Below are positions 47,951 to 54,897 of a stretch of 64,000 bases of DNA, in pieces. Below the pieces are notes generated by a model, which did not search any database, had not been told where the DNA came from, and was given only the letters and a program-made list of their open reading frames with translations. The DNA comes from an uncultured Bacteroidota bacterium (lineage in GTDB: Bacteria > Bacteroidota > Bacteroidia > Bacteroidales > B18-G4): positions 672,139 through 736,138 of the forward strand of contig CAWCAB010000003.1 in NCBI GenBank assembly GCA_963793485.1, in the 5' to 3' direction. Within the stretch, counting starts at the first letter, position 1; every line of letters starts with the position of its first letter. A program made the position numbers and the translations under genes.

Positions 47951-48030
47951 TTGGTACTGGGTTCTGGGGGCTTGGTTCTGGGAACGAACTGGATATAAAC
48001 CCCAGCCCCTAGTCCCAAGCACCTAGAACC
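47951..48030. repeat. two heptamer arms in inverted orientation between hypA and hypB
   Basis: TTGGTAC TGGGTTC TGGGGGC TTGGTTC TGGGAAC at 47951-47985. CCCCAGC CCCTAGT CCCAAGC ACCTAGA ACC at 48000-48030, which is the reverse-complement word class. Confidence 0.75.
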
Positions 48031-48361
48031 TAATTGCTTTTATCTTCATACCCCGTCCCTGAATATCATCTGAGTACAGATGCCCGCAATTCGGGCATGG
48101 AGTAATGATATCAACAGGCTCGAACTCATGCTGGCATGACAGGCACTTACATATGGCCGGGATCTCGTTAATAATGATCCTGGCAGAGCCCATCACGCTC
48201 GATTTTATTGCTTCTTCCAGGGCAAATTGCAGGGCTTCAACGATCACGCCGGAATTGCGGCCAATATCGAGTTCTACTTCCGATACTGTCCTGCCGTCCG
48301 GTCCCCCGGCATTTTCCTCTACGATCTCCACTATGTTCATCGCTATCGACAGCTCATGCAT
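48023..48361 (-). CDS. hypA: hydrogenase nickel insertion protein HypA
   Basis: ORF 48023-48382, with the start moved to MHELSIAMNIVEIV (48361). Zn ribbon CKCLSC...CPNCG. Confidence 0.9.
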   Translation of the reverse strand: MHELSIAMNIVEIVEENAGGPDGRTVSEVELDIGRNSGVIVEALQFALEEAIKSSVMGSARIIINEIPAICKCLSCQHEFEPVDIITPCPNCGHLYSDDIQGRGMKIKAIRF

Positions 48362-48505
48362 ATCCTGAAATTTATAAGGCAAAATTAGCGAATTATGAAT
48401 TTAGAACATGGAAATATGATGAAATACTTGATTTAATTCAGTAAATTATGTATCTTAGGTTAGATTAATTCTTAAATTTATCAAATCTTATCAATTGGAG
48501 GAACC

Positions 48506-48910
48506 ATGCACAAAAAAGTATCACTCACAGTTAAGTGCCCCAAATGCGGGGTATTATTAATGGATGAAGCCCACCTGATCAACAACAGGAAAGCCATTAA
48601 GCTCAACATTAAAACATCTGATGGTAAGGAAGGTAAGATCTGGTTAAGCTCCATTTACGGCGATTACAATTACACTGCTGAAAACCCTATCCCGGAAGGG
48701 GATGTGGTTAATTTTAAATGTCCGCACTGCGCTGAGAACCTGGCAAGGCCTGTCGAATGTGAGGTCTGTAACGCACCAATCGTATCATTCACATGCAGTA
48801 TAGGCGGAAAGGTCAGCATTTGTTCTCGTAATGGATGCAAGAACCACTACGTGGTCTTCGAAAACCTTGATACGGCTGTCAGGAAGTTCTATTCTGAATA
48901 CGGCTATTGA
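48506..48910 (+). CDS. uncharacterised Cys-rich (multi zinc-ribbon) protein, hydrogenase-island paralog 1
   Basis: 134 aa with CPKCG..CPHC..CEVC..ICSRNGCKNHY. GGAGG lies 6-7 nt upstream of the ATG. Alignable by eye with 63057-63554. Confidence 0.6.
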   Translation: MHKKVSLTVKCPKCGVLLMDEAHLINNRKAIKLNIKTSDGKEGKIWLSSIYGDYNYTAENPIPEGDVVNFKCPHCAENLARPVECEVCNAPIVSFTCSIGGKVSICSRNGCKNHYVVFENLDTAVRKFYSEYGY

Positions 48911-48965
48911 TCCGCTGGGAAAGATAATATCCGGCTTTTATAATTGACATCTAATTGTTAATTAT

Positions 48966-50004
48966 TTAACAGATCCTTGGTAGCTGTTCTCCTGCAAGCA
49001 TATCGATAATACGGTTTCCTCCCACAGCAGTTTTCAGCCAGGCTTTTCCGGGATGCTCATTCACCACTTCTCCAATGATGCGGGCTTCTTGCCCGAATTC
49101 ATGTGCATGCATGGCATTTCAGCACTTTATCGGCATCTTCTTCATGCACCACCACAACTATCTTGCCCTCATTGGCAACATACATTGGGTCGAAACCCAG
49201 CAATTCACACATGCCACGCACATCCTCTTTAATGAGCACCTGATCTTCATCTATATTAATGCCATGATCTTTTCCTGTGCTTAGCTCAGTAATCACAGTT
49301 GCCAGTCCGCCACGGGTAGCGTCGCGCATAAAATGCACTTTCTCGGAAGCCGAACTTATCTTGTTGATCAATCCATTCAAAGAAGCACAATCGGAATAGA
49401 GTGGCGCTGAGAGCTTTAACTCATTCCGGGCACTCATGATGGCCATTCCGTGATCGCCTATGCTGCCGTTGATGATAATCTTGTCGCCTGCTTTGATTTT
49501 CTTCCCCTCACTGATATGTATGTGCTTCTTTTTCAGGGCACCTATGCCAGTGGTAGTAATGAACACCTTGTCGCAATGCCCTTTGTTAACTACCTTGGTA
49601 TCACCGGTTACTATACTTACTCCGGCCTTCCTTGCTTCGTTTGCCATTGATATCACGATATCTTCGAGCTTTTGCAGCAAAAATCCTTCTTCGATGATAA
49701 AAGCAGCACTCAGGTAGAGTGGGGTGGCTCCTGAAACAGCCACATCGTTAACAGTACCACAAACAGCAAGCTTGCCAATGTCACCTCCTGGAAAAAAGAT
49801 GGGATCCACCACAAAGGCATCCGTGGTAAATGCAAGTCTGCCTTCCGGGATCTCAAGAAGGGCTGCATCCGTTTGCCTGTCGAGCTCCGGATTGCTGAAA
49901 TGCTTCACAAACAGATTGTCGATCAATTCATGCGTCAGCTTTCCCCCGCTTCCATGTCCCAGCCTTATTCTTTCATCTTTCCCACTCATATTATTCACTT
50001 TCAC
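48966..50004 (-). pseudogene. hypE: hydrogenase maturation protein HypE, +1 frameshift near the C-terminus (or sequencing error)
   Basis: The main ORF 49099-50004 is HypE-like (RIRLGHGSGGKLTHELI..). It stops at ..ADKVLKCHACT*. The next frame continues NAMHAHEFGQEARIIGEVVNEHPGKAWLKTAVGGNRIIDMLAGEQLPRIC* (stop 48966-48968), which is the canonical HypE PRIC terminus. Confidence 0.85.
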
Positions 50005-50027
50005 ATTAAACCATTATTCACTTCAGT

Positions 50028-50104
50028 TAGGCATTAGGCATTAGGCACTAGGCACTAGGCACTGGGCACTGGGCACTGGGCACTAGGCACTAGTTGCTAG
50101 GCTA
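50028..50104. repeat. heptamer array, 11 units, between hypE and hypD
   Basis: TAGGCAT x2 TAGGCAC x3 TGGGCAC x3 TAGGCAC TAGTTGC TAGGCTA. It contains the hypD stop. Confidence 0.9.
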
Positions 50105-51185
50105 TTCCCCGGTATCGATACCAGGCCGCGCACGCGCCTTCATTAGATACCATGCAGGCACCCACCGGATCATTTGGTGTGCAGGCTTTGCCAAACAGCT
50201 TGCAATCGTCAGGTGACTTCAGCCCTTTCAGTATCTCACCACAAATGCAGCCCTTGTCTTCCCTGGTCTTTTCCACGTCGACAGGAATTGATGCTGCTGC
50301 ATCCATATCTTTGAATTCCGACCTGAGTTTCAGCCCACTGTCTTTGAGTACACCCAATCCGCGCCACCAATCGTCGGCGGAATCAAACACCTCACCAACT
50401 AGCTTCTGTGCTTTGGCATTTCCTTCACGAACTACAGCACGCTTATACTGTATCTCTACCCTTGGATTATTTTCTTCTTTTTGTTTTGTCAGCATGAGTA
50501 TCGACTGCATGAGGTCAACCGGTTCAAAACCAGAGATCACACAGCCGAGGCCATATCTGGCAGGTATGTCGTCAAAGATGGCAGTGCCCGTGATGGCACT
50601 CACATGCCCAGGGGCTATGTAGCCATCAATTTCAACTCCTTCATCAATGAGGGCCGTCATGGCCGGAGGCATCACCTTGTGGGAGCTGTATAGATAAAAG
50701 TTTTTCAGTCCCATTTTTCTGGCATTAACAACTCCTGCAGCGCTTGAGGGTGTTGTGGTCTCAAAACCAACTCCCAGAAAAATTACTTTTTTATCGGGAT
50801 TTTCCCTGGCAATCTCAAGGGCATCGAGTATGGAATATACGATCCTGATCTGTTGACCCCTGCCACGCTCTGCATCCAGACTGGAACTTGATCCGGGTAC
50901 CCGGATCAGGTCGCCATAGGTGGTGATGATGGTATCGTCCAACCTGGAGAAAGCTATGGCTGTATCTATAAATATGCGGTCGGTAACACAAACCGGGCAT
51001 CCCGGACCTGATAATAATCGAATATTGTCGGGCAGGAGGGAAGGGATCCCAAACTTTTGAATGGCCATGGTATGCCCGCCACAAACTTCCATAAATCTCA
51101 ATGGACGTGTAGAGATCCTCCTGATCTCTTCAGCAATCTTCAAGACTATGCTCTTGTCGCGATATTCATCAATATATTTTATCAT
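50097..51185 (-). CDS. hypD: hydrogenase maturation protein HypD
   Basis: 362 aa with motifs FMEVCGGHTMAI, LLSGPGCPVCVT and GFETT. Confidence 0.95.
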   Translation of the reverse strand: MIKYIDEYRDKSIVLKIAEEIRRISTRPLRFMEVCGGHTMAIQKFGIPSLLPDNIRLLSGPGCPVCVTDRIFIDTAIAFSRLDDTIITTYGDLIRVPGSSSSLDAERGRGQQIRIVYSILDALEIARENPDKKVIFLGVGFETTTPSSAAGVVNARKMGLKNFYLYSSHKVMPPAMTALIDEGVEIDGYIAPGHVSAITGTAIFDDIPARYGLGCVISGFEPVDLMQSILMLTKQKEENNPRVEIQYKRAVVREGNAKAQKLVGEVFDSADDWWRGLGVLKDSGLKLRSEFKDMDAAASIPVDVEKTREDKGCICGEILKGLKSPDDCKLFGKACTPNDPVGACMVSNEGACAAWYRYRGIA

Positions 51186-51204
51186 AAATGTCGTCTATAT
51201 TCTG

Positions 51205-51286
51205 AGAGTGCCTGGAGTACTTGAGGTGCCTAGAGTGCCTGGAATTCTTAGTTCGTAGTTCAAAGTTCAGATTTCAAAGTTCTTCT
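51205..51286. repeat. 9-mer (reverse AGGCACTYT family) plus heptamer array between hypD and hypC
   Basis: AGAGTGCCT GGAGTACTT GAGGTGCCT AGAGTGCCT GGAATTCTT, then TTCGTAG TTCAAAG TTCAGAT TTCAAAG TTCTTCT. It contains the hypC stop. Confidence 0.75.
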
Positions 51287-51524
51287 TCTCCTCTTCATCC
51301 ATCTGCTTGTTCAGGTCCTCAAATTCCTCAAAGATCCTCAGGGTCTCAGCTGCTTCTTCTTCGCTGATCTTCTGAATTGCAAATCCAGTGTGGAGCAGAA
51401 TGTAATCTCCCACCTTTGCATCGTCGAGCAGTTGCAAGCTTGCTTTATAAGTAACGTTTCCTACACTGACCATGGCCATATCACCATCGATGGAATTTAT
51501 TTTTGCAGGTATGCTTAAACACAT
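51267..51524 (-). CDS. hypC: hydrogenase maturation chaperone HypC
   Basis: 85 aa starting MCLSIPAKI. Confidence 0.9.
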   Translation of the reverse strand: MCLSIPAKINSIDGDMAMVSVGNVTYKASLQLLDDAKVGDYILLHTGFAIQKISEEEAAETLRIFEEFEDLNKQMDEEEKKNFEI

Positions 51525-51563
51525 AGGATTTACAGTTTAAATATTCAAATGTTTTAAAAATTG

Positions 51564-51598
51564 GTTACTCGTTACTCGCTATTCGTTACTCGTTCCTT
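51564..51598. repeat. heptamer array between hypC and hypF
   Basis: GTTACTC GTTACTC GCTATTC GTTACTC GTTCCTT. It contains the hypF stop. Confidence 0.85.
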
Positions 51599-53832
51599 CT
51601 TCTCGCCGCAGCGATCACCAACTGCCCCAATGCGATGCCTCCATCATTTGCAGGGATTTCCACAGGACTGTAACATTCATATCCTCTTTCTTTCAGGCCT
51701 TCTTCAACTTTTTCCAGGATATACTTATTCTGGAAGCTGCCCCCGGAGAGCACAACCTTATTGACCCCCGATTCGGATGCTATCTTTTCGACACCGGCAA
51801 AAATAGTATTAATCACTGAATTGTGGAAGCGGGCTGCAATGACAGGAACGGCTACTTTCTGTTCCAGATCTTCGCAAATGCCCCTGATGATCCCAGTAGT
51901 TTCTATTGGCCCGTCGATAGAAAATGGATATGATCCTGTTTCTGTCTGGTCGATCGCTCCTTCCAGCCTCATGGGCGCTTCAGCATGGAAAGTGGAATTG
52001 CTGCATAACCCACATAGTGCAGCAGCGGCATCGAACAGCCTGCCTGCGCTGGAGGTAAGCGGAGTATTCAGGCTCATATTTAATGCCTGCTTCACCACTG
52101 AAACGGATTCTTTTGGGATGGACTTCAGAAATTCAAGTTCAGGATATGTATTTCCGTATGTTTTGGTCAAATATGACAATGCCATCCGCCAGGGCTCTTT
52201 GGTTGCCATATCTCCTCCCGGCATTTGCACATAGTCGAAGTAGTTTTTTCGTTCATAATCAGCAAGGTCGCAAAGCAGGAATTCACCACCCCAGATATTT
52301 CCGTCGTCGCCCAGTCCGACACCATCGAAACTAATACCAATCACTTGCTCGTCGAGACCGTATTCAGCCATACATGAAGCAATATGGGCATGGTGATGCT
52401 GTACTTCAATGGTTTCGATCCCACTTTCCCTGGCATAGCGGCTCGAAAGGTAATCGGGATGCAGATCATGCACGACCAGGTCAGCTTCCATCCTGAATAA
52501 TTTCTTAAATCTCTCAGCCGACTCAATGAAGAAATCGAGGGTTTCAGCATTTTTCAGATCACCGATATGCTGGCTCAATATGGCTTGTTTTCCTTTTCCT
52601 ATGCAAAAGCAATTCACCAGTTCGGCTCCACAGGCAAAGATCCCATCCACGTCCAATGCCAGTTCAATAGGCCTGGGCACCCAGGAGCGCGACCTTCGTA
52701 TAAGCCTGGGCTTATCGTTGATCATCCGTGCTACCGAATCATCAGTCCTGTTATGAATGTCCCTGTTATTTAGCACTATGGCGTCGGAAACGGGACCAAT
52801 TACTTTTATAGCTTCCTCATTGTTTATGATGATGGGTTCATCGGAAATATTTCCGCTGGTGAGCACGATCACATCATGTTTCAGGCAAGTAAAAAGAAGG
52901 TGGTGGAAAGGCAGATACGGCATCATTCCTCCAATAGTCCCAAAGCCTACGCTAACCCCTTTGGCCAGCTTTCTCCTGGATTCCATAAGTAAGATCGGAC
53001 GCTGCCAGCCGGAAAGCGTCTCTTTCTCCCCGGGAGATATTACTGCATATTTCTCCGCAGCTTCAAGGTCTCTGAACATGACGGCAAAGGGCTTGCCATC
53101 ACGGTTTTTAGCTTGCCGCAGGCGGCTCACAGCATCATCGTTCAGGGCATCACAACATAGGTGAAATCCTCCGAGTCCTTTCATGGCAATGATTTTTCCT
53201 TTAGATATCAGCTCGGCAGTTTGTTTCAGCACTTCAGTAATATCAGTGATCTTATTGTCATTAATGAGCAGACTGTAGGAAGGGCCACAATGATTACAAG
53301 CTATGGGTTGGGCATGGAACCTCCTGTCGAGGATGTTGGTATATTCTTCATGGCATCGATCGCACATGGGAAATGCATCCATAGTGGTTTTGGGCCTGTC
53401 GTACGGCAGATCCCGGATAATAGTAAAACGGGGCCCGCAATTAGTGCAATTGATGAAAGGATAATCGATGCGGTTTTGCTGAATCTTCATGTCTTCAAGG
53501 CAGGCATCACAAACTGCAATATCAGGGCTGACTTCTGTGATCCTGCCGGAGCTATCCTCGCTTTTCTTGATGAAGAAGGAATCAAAGCCTTTCGCTTTTT
53601 CATGCGCAATGCTGATGCTTGTGATATTGGATGCAGCAGGGGCTTCAGCCTGAACATCAGACAAAAAGCCATTAATGAGATCGGTTTCACCCTCAATATG
53701 GATACAAACGCCTTCATTGTTATTTTCAACCCAGCCAAATAATTGATGCTTGCTTGCTATCCGGTATATGAACGGACGAAATCCAACGCCCTGCACCAAA
53801 CCTTTGACATATATTTTCTTTGCTTCCGGCAT
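51586..53832 (-). CDS. hypF: carbamoyltransferase HypF
   Basis: 748 aa. Acylphosphatase domain (VKGLVQGVGFRPFIYRIA), Zn-finger pairs (CDACLEDM..CTNCGPRF; CDRCHEEY..CNHCGP), then YrdC-like and Kae1-like domains. Confidence 0.95.
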   Translation of the reverse strand: MPEAKKIYVKGLVQGVGFRPFIYRIASKHQLFGWVENNNEGVCIHIEGETDLINGFLSDVQAEAPAASNITSISIAHEKAKGFDSFFIKKSEDSSGRITEVSPDIAVCDACLEDMKIQQNRIDYPFINCTNCGPRFTIIRDLPYDRPKTTMDAFPMCDRCHEEYTNILDRRFHAQPIACNHCGPSYSLLINDNKITDITEVLKQTAELISKGKIIAMKGLGGFHLCCDALNDDAVSRLRQAKNRDGKPFAVMFRDLEAAEKYAVISPGEKETLSGWQRPILLMESRRKLAKGVSVGFGTIGGMMPYLPFHHLLFTCLKHDVIVLTSGNISDEPIIINNEEAIKVIGPVSDAIVLNNRDIHNRTDDSVARMINDKPRLIRRSRSWVPRPIELALDVDGIFACGAELVNCFCIGKGKQAILSQHIGDLKNAETLDFFIESAERFKKLFRMEADLVVHDLHPDYLSSRYARESGIETIEVQHHHAHIASCMAEYGLDEQVIGISFDGVGLGDDGNIWGGEFLLCDLADYERKNYFDYVQMPGGDMATKEPWRMALSYLTKTYGNTYPELEFLKSIPKESVSVVKQALNMSLNTPLTSSAGRLFDAAAALCGLCSNSTFHAEAPMRLEGAIDQTETGSYPFSIDGPIETTGIIRGICEDLEQKVAVPVIAARFHNSVINTIFAGVEKIASESGVNKVVLSGGSFQNKYILEKVEEGLKERGYECYSPVEIPANDGGIALGQLVIAAARRRNE

Positions 53833-53871
53833 GAATCGATCAATATTGATAGTAATACAAAATTACACTTT

Positions 53872-53879
53872 TATCTTTG
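53872..53879 (+). promoter_or_regulatory. Bacteroidota-type -7 box in the hypF / crp-fnr divergent region
   Basis: TATCTTTG lies 138 nt upstream of the ATG at 54017. Confidence 0.35.
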
Positions 53880-54016
53880 GCAGGCACTTAATTATACTGG
53901 TAGAAAGACAGCTCATTTTCCCGTTTGTCGAATTTTTGTCAGTTATTATTAATGCATCTCTATAAGCTCTATATCATAATAATATGTATATTTATTCCTG
54001 ATTAAACTATATTGCT

Positions 54017-54727
54017 ATGTTACAGGACCTTGATTGTAGGAACTGTTTTGTCAGATCGAGTACGTGTTTTTCGGATCTGATGCCCAATGATATGGATGAA
54101 TTGGTCAGCAAAAAGATCAGTACTGTTTATAAGAAGGGCCAGACCATTTTTTACGAGGGAATGATGCCAACAGGTATTTATTGCCTTCACAAGGGCAAGA
54201 TCAAGATCGCAAAGCAGGGCAGCGATGGTAAAGAGCAAATAGTACGATTTGTCACAGAAGGGGGGCTTTTAGGCATACGGGCCCTCATGGGTGGCAGAAA
54301 ATATTCAGCTTCCGCAACCACACTCGAAGAATCAGTGGTATGTTATATTGATCAAAAGACATTCTTTAAACTCTCCACAAAATATCCGGATATCTCGCAT
54401 TGCGTAATGACTCTCATCTGTGCATTACTTGAAGAGGCTGAAATAAAAATGACTTCACTGGCACAGAAGCCTGTCAGGGAGCGCCTGGCCGAAGGCTTGC
54501 TGATCCTGGATGAGCTTTTCAACAAACCCGGCGGCTGCCGGACAGAAGATGAACATTCCATCACACTTACACGAGAAGATCTTGCCAATATTGTTGGAAC
54601 AGCTACTGAAACAGTTATTCGTTTACTGTCTGATTTCAAGGATGATAAACTGATTGAAATAGAAGGAAGAAAGATTGTTATCCTCGATAAAGAAGGACTC
54701 AAGAAAACGGCCAATAATCTTCCATAG
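54017..54727 (+). CDS. Crp/Fnr-family transcriptional regulator with N-terminal Cys cluster
   Basis: 236 aa. cNMP-binding-like roll and C-terminal HTH (REDLANIVGTATETVIRLLSDF). N-terminus is DCRNCFVRSSTC. Confidence 0.85.
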   Translation: MLQDLDCRNCFVRSSTCFSDLMPNDMDELVSKKISTVYKKGQTIFYEGMMPTGIYCLHKGKIKIAKQGSDGKEQIVRFVTEGGLLGIRALMGGRKYSASATTLEESVVCYIDQKTFFKLSTKYPDISHCVMTLICALLEEAEIKMTSLAQKPVRERLAEGLLILDELFNKPGGCRTEDEHSITLTREDLANIVGTATETVIRLLSDFKDDKLIEIEGRKIVILDKEGLKKTANNLP

Positions 54728-54767
54728 ATTGAAGTTTGGAGTTCTTAGTTCTTCACACCTCACACCC
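54726..54767. repeat. heptamer array downstream of the Crp/Fnr gene
   Basis: AGATTGA AGTTTGG AGTTCTT AGTTCTT CACACCT CACACCC. Confidence 0.75.
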
Positions 54768-54773
54768 CAAAAT

Positions 54774-54787
54774 ATGACCATTGTCAT
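54774..54787. promoter_or_regulatory. 5-4-5 palindrome, candidate Crp/Fnr-family site upstream of the hydrogenase operon
   Basis: ATGAC-catt-GTCAT with A/T-rich complementary flanks (54769-54792). It lies about 110 nt upstream of the ATG at 54898. Confidence 0.4.
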
Positions 54788-54897
54788 TTTTTCATCTGAT
54801 AAGTCTCATTTTTTAGCCTGAGAACCATCATTGGGTATTTTACCGGCCTATATTATTATTACGCCATAGTAATCAGAACATTTAAATCCAATTTATT

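Noticed and set aside
49099-49101. TGA in hypE as a selenocysteine or readthrough codon
   Set aside because: The HypE C-terminus continues in a different (+1) frame, not in-frame past the TGA. No SECIS-like context was sought or seen.
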